This document shows positions 14,549 to 26,745 of a stretch of 64,000 nucleotides of DNA, one piece after another. The notes under the pieces were generated by a model. The model was not told the origin of the DNA and made no database searches. It was given only the letters and a program-made list of their open reading frames with translations. The translations under genes and the position numbers were made by a program. Source of the stretch: Ramazzottius varieornatus (lineage: Eukaryota > Animalia > Tardigrada); the NCBI GenBank assembly GCA_001949185.1, contig BDGG01000002.1, positions 7,678,448-7,742,447 on the forward strand, given 5' to 3'. Position 1 is the stretch's first letter. Every line of letters starts with the position of its first letter.

Positions 14549-15225
14549 TCCCAATGGCGTGGGAGGGTACTCCATGACGTAAGGAAGGAGGCGATCCTTC
14601 ACACAGTTCCCCAACAGGACCGTCTCACTCGCCATCCCACTGTTTTCCAGCGGAACAATGCAATTCTTTGTGGTACTCGGCAGGCGCTCTGGGGTGGATT
14701 GTGTTGACACATTTCCAAGTATTACTGATAACCATATGACGTCATCCTCCTCGTAAACTTTTCCGATCGCACTCACCGCAGTTAAAATTCCTGTTTCCAC
14801 GAAAGGGAAGACTGTATTACTTTCGATTCCCGCTGTATCTTTGATCTATCTTCTTCCAGGAAGCCATATCAGTTGACGAATGTACAGTTCTCGGGAAATG
14901 CTGAACGTGAACGGCATCTCTTGAAGGGGGACAGATCAGTTTCCGGGTATGTAGGCCTAATCGCTGTTTCGAACGTAGTCGATGTCCCCTGTGGTGTACT
15001 TGTATAATTGAAATGACTTTTGGTTTTAGATCCTCATCCTACTTTATCTGTTATAGCTGTAAGATACCACAGGTCAGGTGGTTACCTTCGGGGTGTTACG
15101 GTTAAAGAAAACTGGAAGCTGCGTTGGAACATTCGACGAGTTGCATCTCACTCTACATGCAGTGTTTTGGTATCTTCCATCACGAGAATCCCGATTCCTT
15201 CCCGAAGCTTCGGACGTTAAAGAAG

Positions 15226-18142
15226 ATGTCGATCGAAGCACAGTATGAGAGCTTTGAACACGATAACAGCTGGGGGAAACTTTACAATGTAAGCTTGTCT
15301 GAGTTTCCACTCAGTTTTTATCAACTGGTGTATATACCTTGTGTCCATCCTGAGATCTCTTTTTGCGATATTTGCAGACTCTTAGAACGAAGAGCGAAAA
15401 GCAGACTTCAGAGCTCAGCACGAGCGAAGCCAAGAAGCCAGATAACAAGCCAAGGAACCGTTTCCGCGATGTCTTTCCATGTAAGTCGTTGACGGTTTCA
15501 TCAACCGGAAGTAAACGGGTTTCACGGTGGATGCAGTTTCTGCAGGCGTCAGCAAAGTTATTATTTTCCAAGAATTTGAACCTAGTAACGTCGTGAGAGG
15601 TCTGCACGACGCTGAACGTTCATTATTCGGATTCTCATTCCTTAATATGCCTTTTCATTTCTAGTCGACCAAAGTCGAGTACATCTGCAACCCTGCCTGA
15701 AGATTTCTTCGGACTACATTAACGCCAGCATCGTCAAGTTCAGCGATGCCCGTCGAAGTTACATATGCTCGCAGGTATATATTTAGCTACTTATCGCTCA
15801 GTAAAGAGTCTGTTTAGCGTTTTTCGACCTCTGCGTAAGCACGTTTCGTTAACACGGCCCACGAAACCAACAAAGACGTCGTTCACTACTATTCGTATTC
15901 TTTTCCAGAGTCCACTGTCTCCGACGGTTGGTCACTTATGGGAGATGCTCTGGACGCAAAAGTGCACTACCATCGTCATGCTGAATAATTTACTGGAAAA
16001 GGGAATGGTAAGAGACAACGTGGCGACCGATCATAGTGAAACAGAATTTGGGTCTTTCTGCGATAAATTCAATAAAAATGAAAATTGTTGCGTTTCAAGG
16101 CGTAAAAGTTTGCGCAAGAATCAAGAAAACATGAATAATTCACAGAGAAACTGGAAACTATGTAATACGGAATACGGAACAAGCTCCATGGCATATTGTT
16201 TCAAGTCGCGCATGCTTTCAGTGTTATTGGCTGGAAATGTGCGCCGGTCGGAAGAACGATCTTGTCGAGTTTTTTTTGCCGAGCTCCTCCCGTATTTCGA
16301 TCTATATCGCTTTTTGAAATTGTTTTGTTAAATCTTCAAAATTCGGTTCTTTTTCCAGCCAACTTGTGCGACGTACTATCCGTCAGAAGCAGAGTCAAGC
16401 TTGACATTTGAGGATTCCGATCACTGTCACGAGTACATCGTCACCTTGGTGAAAGAAGCGGCAGTTCCGGTTTTCGCCACACGTTGGCTGAAAGTGGTGC
16501 GGAGGAAAAGGGAAGGTGATGACAGTTCACCTCCCGAAGAGCGACAGATTACGCAGTTCCACTTCACAAACTGGCCAGACTTTGGAGTACCAACATGTCC
16601 CGATGAATTTCTAGACTTTCTTTTCGCTGTACGGCAGTCCGGGTGTTTCGATGTGAAACCCAACAAACAGGAATGCGATCCTGTGCTGGTTCACTGCACG
16701 GCCGGGATTGGTCGAACGGGTACTTTCGTTCTTGTCGACGTTTGCCTCGCGCTGGTACGTTTTTCGATACCGAAAATTGGAACGTCGGCGAATGGCGCAC
16801 ACTTTCAGCCAATAAGACTGAAAAGGTGCGCCACTGGATCATGTTGAATTCATTTGCCGACCTGCCATTTATGCAATCCAAACCTTCCAGCGTCAAAATT
16901 TTTCATTGGCTTGTAGTTATCCTTATATCGGGTCGTGGATATCCCAACACAGCTTTTGGAACTCCGGACAATGCGAATGGGGATGGTGCAGACCGAGCAG
17001 CAGCTGAAGTTTTGCTATCAGGCCGTCATGGCGGGGAAGAAAAGGCTGGCAGTCCAAACGCCCGCCGCTAGCCCGTCGATGAAGCTGCGACCGACTTCAA
17101 TTAGCGTTGTAAGTCTTTCACCGAGTTGTTTCTCCAGAAAAATATTTGGTGAAGTCTGTGGAACGATGAAACGTCGGCAAACGACCTGAGCATGATCGTT
17201 TTCCCAAGTGGCGCATGTTCCAGTCAATAACAACGTCAATGTGCGCCACTTGGGATAACGACCGTGTTTAATTCATTCGCCGGCCTTCCAAATGCTGTTG
17301 TTGACCCCTTTTATCCTTTCGGTTTTAGAGTGCGCCAGATGGAGCGAGCGCCTCATCCTCGTCTTCCACACTCCCTGACCCGCAGCTTTCGGCATCACCC
17401 GAGCCTGGATCACCTCGACCCGAGCTACTTCGGCAAGATGGACGTTCGCCATCACGAATTGACGTGGCGCCTATCAGTTCTTCGCCGCCGGACGACGCTC
17501 ATAGCGATAAGCGTCAAAAGACGGAAGAGTCAACCTTGACCACTTCCCATGCATCGAAGAGCGACGTTTCTTCCGGGTCCTCGGGGAAACATGTCACCGT
17601 TGCAACCCTGTCGTCTTCGGGTAACGACGTACCACGTCCTGTACCCGAGCGTGTGGCACTCAACGGCGAAACCTCCGACGGAAGTCAGCAGTCAAGGTAG
17701 ATAGCAGGAGAGCCTTTCTTGTTGCATATCCTTAGTCTTAGATTATTATGTTTTGTGAGCACACTGTATCATGTTGTTGCTAATTGCGCTTACAGTACCG
17801 GTTATTCCTTTCCTTGCTTTGTCCAAGCTCGAGTGTGATGTGGCAAAAAGATGGGTTTTTGAGTTTTAGAATGGAGAGAATGTTTATCGTGCCTGTGATG
17901 TGCGGTAAGAAGGAATAAAACATATGGCAAAACCCAATGTACGTTTCTTTGTGGTTTCAAGGGACGCGAAACTACGCCAGAGAAGACTTGATCGTAACCG
18001 GAAGCTGATGGAGAAGGTCGACTCGATCAAGACGAAGCAGAAGGAACAGGAGAACGCTTTTCACTGGACAACTTGGATGTCTGTGGCGGTTGCTGGTGCT
18101 GGTGCGGTCGCCCTTTGGGTTCTTTACCAGAGACTGGAATAG
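15226..18142 (+). CDS. PTPN1: Non-receptor protein tyrosine phosphatase, PTP1B/TC-PTP (PTPN1/PTPN2, PTP61F) type
   Basis: MSIEAQYESFEHDNSWGKLY start; NRFRDVFP, DYINAS, HLWEMLWTQK, HFTNWPDFGVP, VHCTAGIGRTG, RMGMVQTEQQLKFCY; C-terminal basic coil and hydrophobic tail anchor. Confidence 0.92.
16202..16250. repeat. Family-1 palindrome copy (PTP intron)
   Basis: CAAGTCGCGCAT-N25-GTGCGCCGGTCG. Confidence 0.85.
16789..16837. repeat. Family-1 palindrome copy (PTP intron)
   Basis: CGAATGGCGCAC-N25-GTGCGCCACTGG. Confidence 0.85.
17205..17252. repeat. Family-1 palindrome copy (PTP intron)
   Basis: CAAGTGGCGCAT-N24-GTGCGCCACTTG, arms extended by GATCGTTTTCC/GGATAACGACC. Confidence 0.9.
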
Positions 18143-18595
18143 TGGACTTCCGCCTGATCCGTGGGACATTAGTTTTAACGACAGACCATCGTGTATATGG
18201 AAATATCTTCCCGAGAATAACCATTTTCTTGTCATAGATTCGCCAGAGAACACCTGAGCTATCGCCTGTACCGAGTGATCGTTATTTTTCGGGCGAAGTG
18301 AGGGAACGTTGGAGCTGATAAAAGGACGTAGAATAAGTATACTAAGCAGAAACTAGTTTGATTCACCTCTGCAGTAAAACGGTACGCGAACAGAATAAAA
18401 TAGTAATTAATTCCGTCCACTAGACCTCGAAGAATCTGCCGGGAAAAGCAGTTAACGGTCCGTGTTATCCGTGGAACTTTGAGCGACTTGGTTGGCTTTC
18501 CACTTTAGTTTACGATAAGATAACCTATGGGAATTTCTCAAGTGCGTGCGAAACTGCAAATGCGGACTACGCAAGGACCTGCTCTTATCAGGTTA

Positions 18596-19549
18596 TCACA
18601 AAAGCTGACAACGAAAGCCTCCATCGTCCTTGCGAGTTTTCTTCTTCGGGGACATGATGGCACGGCAGGCCGTTTGAAAGACTAGTTGGACACCTTCGCC
18701 GGTCTTGGCCGAATTCTCTACGTACGCAAAGGCACCTGGAAGAGAGATGAATCGTGATGAAATTGCTAATCGAACATAACGAAAGGAATGTAACTTTCTC
18801 ACCAATTTTATCCGCCACGTGTCGTCCTTCCGTACTCTTGACGGTATCCTAAACAAGTTGAACATTCCGGCACTCGGTTCACATGGTGCATTTTTTCTCA
18901 TATGAAATCTGACCAAGTTTCGGGCTACATCTGATACCTGTTTGCGCTTCTGTAGGTCCTCGATGACTTTTCTGTCGTCCACCAAGTCCTTCTTGTTTCC
19001 CACAAGGATAATAGGAGTCTTTGGGCAGAAATGCCGAACCTGAAGGAGAAAGTTTCACATGACGGAGTTCAAATTACGGTTACAACGACAGCAGTGGAAT
19101 CGCAGTCTCCTATCAGGAAATTTTTATGTGAACTAATGTGTGAACACACTTCAGGAATCCAGGTATTTCGAACGTTATCCAGACTGTCGGGACTCTCGAG
19201 AGAAAAGCAGATCAAGATGACGTCGGTGTTTGGGTAGCTAAGAGGGCGTAACCGGTCAAATTCTTCCTGCCCCGCTGTATCCCACAAAATGAGTTCCATC
19301 TGGAAAATGAAATCGATCGGAAGTACCTGTTGCGGGGTAAGTTTCTGCTGAAATGTTTACTGCGCTTACAATAGATCCATCGACTTCCAGGGAAGCAGCC
19401 ATACTCTCGAAGACGGTCGGGACATATTCCGTAAGGAAGTCATCTTTGGCGAATCTGTATAGCAAGCAAGTCTTTCCACAAGCTCCATCCCCCACCACGA
19501 TCAGTTTCTTTCGCATGGAAGCACGATCCTCCATCTGCCCAGATGACAT
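18596..19549 (-). CDS. Rho-family small GTPase (RhoA-like), 5 coding exons
   Basis: [62 protein letters not shown], polybasic tail and CAAX CQLL. Confidence 0.95.
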
Positions 19550-20948
19550 ATTAACAACTCTGCGTAATCGTCAAAGTTTTTTACTAGGTGGACCGCAAGA
19601 GCCAGACGGACAGAATTGTTAACAACTCTCAACGTGACTACGAAGAAAAAGAGTCAGAGAAGACAAACACAAGAACACTCCAACATTGTTCGAGGCACAA
19701 ACATGCCTGTCGCATTCCGGTTTTGCCATCGAGCCGCGCCGCGCTGTGGGTTAGTATGGTGGATTGGCCAGCGATCGAACGTGTACGACATTTTCCGTAT
19801 CATCTTTTGATGTGGTTATTAATATTGCGTATTCAAAGCTGCCAGCCATGCGTGTATGCCACACCATCGGCATGCTGGCTCGGCCATGTTTAATGGCGAT
19901 TACTCATGCCAAGAACACCTCCGCACTTCGCTGCGAACCCTAGGTCCTTGACGCAACTTGGTATGACGAATCGGTTTGGGTGGAGGCATTGACACCTTCC
20001 TTATCATACGCTGACACTCTAGTTATCGTCTCAGACAGTATAATTATGGAGATTGGTTTGCAAACAACAACTTTCCCTGATTTGAAACAGGTTACGCCCA
20101 CACTCCAAATTCAAATCGCCAACAACCAGATCGAATCTGATGCTCTGCCTGTCCGACCATCTTACGGCAAACGTAAATTCTTATTTAGAAACGTCTGTGA
20201 GACTTGATAATTACTCCTTAATTGGTTATGCCGGCTAAAACCAGAGGGTAAAAAACGAAAAGGACTCCAACTTCCGGGTTCCTCCTAGGCTGGTATATAC
20301 TGCTGTTGCGAGCACAATTAAGAATACTTCTGGTTGAGATACTTTCACCCTTTTTTCATTCTGATAAACAACGGTTGAACCAAATCAGATGTAACAAACT
20401 TAACTTACACGTTACACGTAATTATCAAAGATTCAAGATGAAATCGTGTACGTTATTTTATTCCAATTCTAACCGAATTCCAACACGTCACGTGTGACCG
20501 TCGCCGTGGTCCCTGGAGCCCGGTAGCATCACCCGAAATCCCCCGGGGCGCAGTAGGTTGCGTCATCAACATGGAATTTGGTCCGCTAAAATCGAGTCAG
20601 CTTTAAGATCGATTGATTGTCGATTTGTCGTACGTATAGTTGTACGTTCTCCCAGTACAATTCACGTGGGTTCTGGCCTAAACTTACCGCTTCGTGACGT
20701 AAGCGTTGCGATTTCAAAGTCGCGGCGTGGAATGTGTATATAAATCAGCCGGTGACGCGCTCGCATTTTCAGAACGTGGCAAACAGGCCTTGCGAAATTT
20801 TCAGAGTTTCGGAGACCTTATTTTGCCAGAGAACCGGGTGGCAGAAGAGGACTAGTTTACTGGACGTGTGTTGATCATCTGGATTGGCCAATCTCTCCTC
20901 TTCATCGTAACTTTACCTCATCACAGGAGCTAAGACCGGAAACTCATC

Positions 20949-22016
20949 ATGTGTAAGTGAAAGTCGAAGGGTAAAGCTTCCGTTTGTCACAAATCGCTCC
21001 GCATCTTGATCGTGTTCTTTCGTTTTAGCATACGGAGGTGGTGGAGGAGATCGAAACTGTTACAAGTGTGGTAAGTGTTACTGATTCTTTGTACAGAAGA
21101 AGGAAGTGGGAAGCTGAATGTGGAGTTTCTAAGTGCGCCAATAATCAATAAATCAGTCGTTAATATAGCAGCTGATTTGATATGGGATTGATCTCGTTCT
21201 CGGCTTGCAGGCAAACCCGGCCACATCTCTCGGGATTGTACTGAGTCTGGTGGCGGTGGAGGTGGTGGATATGGTGGACGATCAGGAGGTGGTGGTTATG
21301 GAGGCGGTGGAGACAGAAGCTGTTATAACTGCGGTAAACCTCACGTTGAATCTTTCTTGATTCCTGTCTGCCGTAACTCTGCCCCTTTCTTCCTGTCAAT
21401 CCTGTGCGTTTGAAGTGGATCTGTTCACTTACAGGTCAAACCGGCCATATGAGTCGCGAGTGCACAGAGGAACGAAAGAGTGGAGGTGGCGGTGGCGGCG
21501 ATCGCTCGTGTTACAAGGTGAGCCGGAAGCGTGGTAGTACTTGTTGCGCAACTTCTTCGGTCGATCTCGTACTGTATCAGCTTATCATTCTGCTTTTCTT
21601 CTAGTGTGGCAAACCTGGCCACATCTCTCGGGATTGTACTGAGCAAGGCTCTGGAGGGGGCGGCTATGGTGGACGTCCAGGTGGAGGAGGATACGGTGGT
21701 GGCGGCGACCGCGGTTATGGTGGCGGTTACGGAGGTAGTCGAGGTGGCGGTGGAGACAGAAACTGCTACAAGTGTCAGCAGGTGAGCCTTGTATGATATG
21801 TCGTTCAGAACCTGAACATTAGATAAACTTGCGGATGTGGAAAGTCATTATGATGTGGAACAACTTCCGGACGTACTCTAGAGTTGTGGTTATTTTGGTG
21901 GGCCGTAGGCGACAAACCGGAAGTACAGTGTAACTGTTGTATCTCATCATTCATCAAACATGTTTCTCTTGTAGCCCGGCCATATTGCCCGTGACTGTAC
22001 CCAAGCTTCGTCATGA
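20949..22016 (+). CDS. Glycine-rich CCHC zinc-knuckle nucleic-acid-binding protein (CNBP-like), 4 knuckles
   Basis: Spliced product has 4x CYxCxxxGHxxRxC separated by GGY/GGR-rich linkers; ATG 20949, stop 22014-22016. Confidence 0.88.
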
Positions 22017-22421
22017 GATGTTGGAAGAAGTTTTCTAATAAGTCGCAGTGGGAAGCAGAGACTCGTTTACCAAAGAGGCAGCGTAAGAAGTAGATGGTAC
22101 ACTCTTTCGGTAGTCGTTGTTACCCCGTTGAATTCTATTGATAGTTTTCGTCTGAAATTTACTGGGTCATCTCATTCCTTCTTTTTTATCACTAGTAGTT
22201 TACTTATGAGCACTTCGCGATGCTCTGGATCGACGCTCTACGAAAGGGGTTTGACTTCTTTGGCGGTCTGTTTGATAACTGTAAAGCTCACTGTAACTTC
22301 GGAGACCCAATAAAAAAAGTAATCTTGCGAAACTCCGTCCAGCGCTATCCCCGTACATAACGACCAGTGAACAATTCCCGTTATTCGCGAGCTCCCTGTC
22401 GAAAGTTGCGCCGTTTCTCGT

Positions 22422-25400
22422 ATGAATGAGTTGCAGTATGGTAAGATATCGAAGTTGAGTTCTAAAGGAAAGGTTTCGGCTTTTCGCTATCCATATTCTT
22501 TTTCAGGTTGGGTAGATGTCGAGGAAATCCTCTCCAGTGTCTCTAGGAAAGAGTTAAAGCCATTCGATAAGACTTTGAAGGGACAGCCGGGCTCGAGACA
22601 GGCTCGTTAATATGAACTTGGTTCATACTGGGTGGACAGCGTGACGTCACTGCTGTTTACTATGATGGTTTTTCGTTCGAGACTTGAATACCATACATCG
22701 TACGTCGTCTGGTTCACCTGGTTCATGGTACAGCGCTGCAGGGTTTCATAACGGTCTGTCAAAGCAGGTAAGCATTGTGACCATTGTAAAAACTATTGCA
22801 CAGTTTGAAGTTTACGTCCATTTGGTTTCGTGTTGGGTTTTCAAGGACAGGTTTTACCGCAATATTGTGTTACATTTTTGTCAAGAATGGCAGCCCGCTG
22901 TCAGGAACAATATCTCAGTGATTAACCGATTGAGTTACCGCTACCTTGTTGCAGATCAGGTACGTTGATGAAATTGGATTCGCAGCAGACTCTCCACATG
23001 TCGCACCCGCCCGCGTAATACATTGTCGCCAGGAAGCGCGACGACTCATCTTTACCATCGACATTTGCGACAGCGGCTCAGTCCATCCGATATCAGACCG
23101 GATGTGGGGTTACTTCTATCTTCTTACATATTTTTCATAATATTTTTTACGGAATAATGTCGTTCAGGCCGTCTTCACGGCTGAATATTCCCACTTCCGT
23201 CACCTCACCCGATGTCTTCTTTCAACAGGCTCCTCAGCAAAACCTCCCCGAAGAACGATCGTCACATGGCGCACCTTCTCCCGATAACCTCTTCCCTGCC
23301 GAGTCGATGTATGGAGCAAGCGGGAATGTCAATACACAACCTACTGCCATGAATTATTACAGAAGGGACTCCATAACGTCACATCGTACCAGAAGATCGG
23401 TGTTGGTCCAGGAAGAAGCTCCCTTCACACCGGTGAGGAACCTCGCCATCATGGACTACCAGAAACGCAGTATCTTCTCTAACCCGCGAATGCCATCAGC
23501 AAGTTCCAGTAACAGCAGCTCGAGGCCTTCGTACTGGAGTCGGAAGAAGGGTGCGGAGTATTGCGGAAGGTTTTTGTGGAAGGGACATGAGAGAGTTTGT
23601 CTGGGCATGGTTTTAACGGCGATCGTACTCATCATTGTCGGCGGAATCGTCGGGACATATTTTGCTTGTAAGATTTCCGAGAATGCTAAAGCTTAACTAC
23701 AAGACGTGGTCTGAAGAGCGAGTTGGAAGTCGAGCAAACAAAACGTGCAAGATCCGTCTCAAGCGGCGCACGTTTCCATTGTACATTAGCAGGGAAGGTG
23801 CGCCGCTCAAAAAAGAACGATTGTTCGTCTCTGCAATTTAAATGTCACGTCAAAAACGAGACTGTAAATGCGGAATGTCCCGTGATTCTTGACCTGTTGT
23901 TTTACAGTCAAGTCAGCCACACATAATGCACCGGGTCCCGAGATTCAACAGCAGCCCCGGATCGGTGTCAGGGTGGGATCATTTGACGGTCATGAACGTC
24001 TGACCGGAAACGATGTGGCCCCTGTAGCTGATCAGCCAATTGTCAGGCACAAAGATCGTTTCGGGTTGCATGATGCCGATCAGACCGTCTCGAAGGAGCT
24101 GGACTGCAACGAACTGTACACATTCCGCTGCGGACAAAACCAGTGCATGCCCATTCCTGTTTGGTGTGATGGAACATTCGACTGTGACGACAAAAGCGGT
24201 CAGAAACTCAATCCACACATTCCGCTCTACAATACTAGACAATTTTATTTTTATCAGCAGACGAACCTGACGACTGCGCTTCCATTTGCCCACCTCGGTT
24301 CTTCGCCTGTTTGAACCACAGCTCGGTGCGGTTCGACAAGACGCATGACTGGTGCATCCCGGAAACTTTGGTTTGTAACGGAATTCCTGACTGTAAGTCC
24401 ACCCATACTTATCATTATTCATCGCGCGAGGAGGGCCGCTTCTGGGAATGGTGGTTGAGTGGGTGTCTGTATTTGATAAGGTGAAGACCTGAGTGACGAG
24501 TACTTTTGTCGGTGCAACGCCGAGCAGATCAGGTGTACGGATGGGATATGCAAGAACCGCACAGAAATCTGCCGTGGTGCCGATAGCTGCATGTCGGATA
24601 CCTCGGAGCCGTTGCACTGCAACTCGCTCGACGATCTGCCTCCGCACAAGTTCTGCGACGGCTTTCCTGACATTGGTGACGCGCTGGACGAAATTGAATG
24701 CTCGGTGAACTGCGACGTAAGAGCGGCAGCCTCTTCCGCAATACCCGGTAGATTCTCGGCAATATCTCCCAGTCATTAACCGATTGAATTACATTGTTGC
24801 AGACCAATGACCAGTTTTCTTGCTGGCGCTCTGGTTACGGATGCGTTCACAAGTAAGTCGAGAAGACCAGGAACGATTGACATGATACTCAACTCCCATA
24901 AGAATACTTTCCAATCGATGAGTATAATCTGGGTAGCAGGCAGACCCAAACTCGAGACAACCGTTATTTCAAGTGGCGCAGCGCTCGTCGTTATTGGCTG
25001 GAAAAGTGCGCCACCTATGATAACGATCATTCGGAGATTGTTTGCCGGTTTCCCATTTGGTCTCTGTTCACTTATCGATTGCTCATTACATTTATAGGTC
25101 GTCGGTATGCGACAGCATCAGAGACTGTAGCAACGGCGAAGACGAGGAAGAATGCCTCCGTCTGCTGGCCGACGGAGAATCAATGCCGGATCACATCGAC
25201 TATGTCGGGACCTTCCGTCCCGCGGGTATCCTTCTGGTCCGTCGATGGGGCACAGAGTTCTCTCCCATCTGCATCACGTCGGAAGTGGACATGCAAGCAG
25301 ACTCGTACATCGGTACGATGTTCTGCAACCACTTTGGGTACGCTCGGTTGTTGTACTCCGAGCCGTTAATACTACCCAAACAGACACCCACCTCCAGCAC

Positions 25401-26609
25401 TAAATTCTACAACTTTAATGCACAAGCCACCACCGGTGACCCTTCACGACATTTCATTCCTGTCAAACAGTGCGACTCGGGCAGTGTCCTGCGTATCCAT
25501 TGCACGGAAATGATGTGTGAATCCAGACTGAACCGTAACAAGGGCGTTGTCGTGACAGAGAATGGCGAGCTGATACTCAAACGCCAGGAGCAAAATTTTC
25601 CCTTCATCGTCCAGATCTACAAACGCGTGTGGAGCTCGTGGGTTCTTCGCTGTGGAGGTGTGCTTGTCCATCCTTTGTGGCTTGTTACGTCTTCCGGCTG
25701 CATTGACAAGTATGTTGCTGTGCCCCAAATCGAGATAAACTTACGAAAATATGAAGTGGAAAATCGGCAAACGAAACGTACAAAAACCGTGTATTCCAAG
25801 TGGCGCACTTTCGCGTACTTGTTGACTCAGAGTGTGCGCCGCTTGAAAAAACGATCTGGCACGTTTCGTTTGGCCGGCCCTCAAGTCTTAATTTTTACTT
25901 CCGTTTTTCAGGAATGGATATTTCAAAGTCTTGTCAGGTCCCTACTGGCAGTCCACCAATCCCAAACTGATGCAGAACAGAGACATTAGCATGATCGCTA
26001 TGCCACCGGAAACTCAATCCAGCAATGGCCGAAGCGAGATTGTCCTTGCCAGGTTGGACCGGCGAGTCGAATGCCACGACTTCCTGCGGCCCGCTTGCCT
26101 GCCGGAACCTGGTCATCTGCCCACCAATTCGGCCAATTCGTCTTTGGGCCTTCCGAAAGTGTCAAACTGCGTAACGATGGGCTGGAACGTCACGGCAAAT
26201 AAAGGTTCACTTTTTCTTCAGTCGGGTTCTATGATGGATATTGTACGGGTATTTTTCAGCATCGAATATTCCTTTCCCCTCGGAACTTCATATTGCTCGT
26301 GACATCCAGATAGTCTCCACAGAAGACTGTAGTCGTTCCTTATGGAACAGAACACCTGAATCGTTGGAGGCCTTGATCTGTGTCCGCATTTCCGGTCAAG
26401 AGAACACGAACGTCTTGTCGGATCCAGGTGGCGTCTTGGCTTGCTCTTCGGCTGACCAGTCCAAGTGGGAACTGATGGGCGTACTGTCAGGCTACAAGAC
26501 ACGCGTCTCGGGAAATTTTATCCGTGTATACGCACTGTACTCTCGCTTGGACCAACACTTAAGTTGGATCACGAAAGAATTTGCTTCTTCTGACACTAAC
26601 TCTCCATGA
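22422..26609 (+). CDS. Type II membrane LDLa-repeat/SRCR/serine-protease-homolog protein (Nudel/Corin-like); start uncertain
   Basis: TM helix VCLGMVLTAIVLIIVGGIVGTYF; several LDLa repeats (CMPIPVWCDGTFDCDDKS, VCDSIRDCSNGEDEEEC); SRCR-like segment; trypsin-fold motifs CGGVLVHPLWLVTSSGC, LRPACLP, CVTMGW, DPGGVLAC, WELMGVLS. Confidence 0.8.
23760..23809. repeat. Family-1 palindrome copy (protease-homolog intron)
   Basis: CAAGCGGCGCAC-N26-GTGCGCCGCTCA. Confidence 0.88.
24970..25017. repeat. Family-1 palindrome copy (protease-homolog intron)
   Basis: CAAGTGGCGCAG-N24-GTGCGCCACCTA. Confidence 0.88.
25797..25845. repeat. Family-1 palindrome copy (protease-homolog intron)
   Basis: CAAGTGGCGCAC-N25-GTGCGCCGCTTG. 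Confidence 0.9.
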
Positions 26610-26696
26610 GCCATTTCGTGTTTTCTATTTGTGTGATATCTTTATTCAGCCAAATGAAATTCGATGAAAAAGCACACTGTCGCAGAATTGTTCTGT

Positions 26697-26745
26697 TAAG
26701 TGATGCACCTTCTCACTGTTGTTGGCTGGAAACGTGCGCCACTTA
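26697..26745. repeat. Family-1 palindrome copy (about 90 bp downstream of the stop codon)
   Basis: TAAGTGATGCAC-N25-GTGCGCCACTTA. Confidence 0.85.

Larger units (their letters stand above)
12850..14800 (-). pseudogene. Decayed coding-like region of unknown family, interrupted by a small hAT element
   Basis: Several overlapping 70-240 aa minus-strand ORFs broken by stops and frameshifts; no motif recognised. Confidence 0.3.

Noticed and set aside
23979-24776. Long antisense ORFs (also 52036-52566, 52994-53521, 60385-60909)
   Set aside because: Shadows of real genes on the opposite strand; no recognisable motifs.
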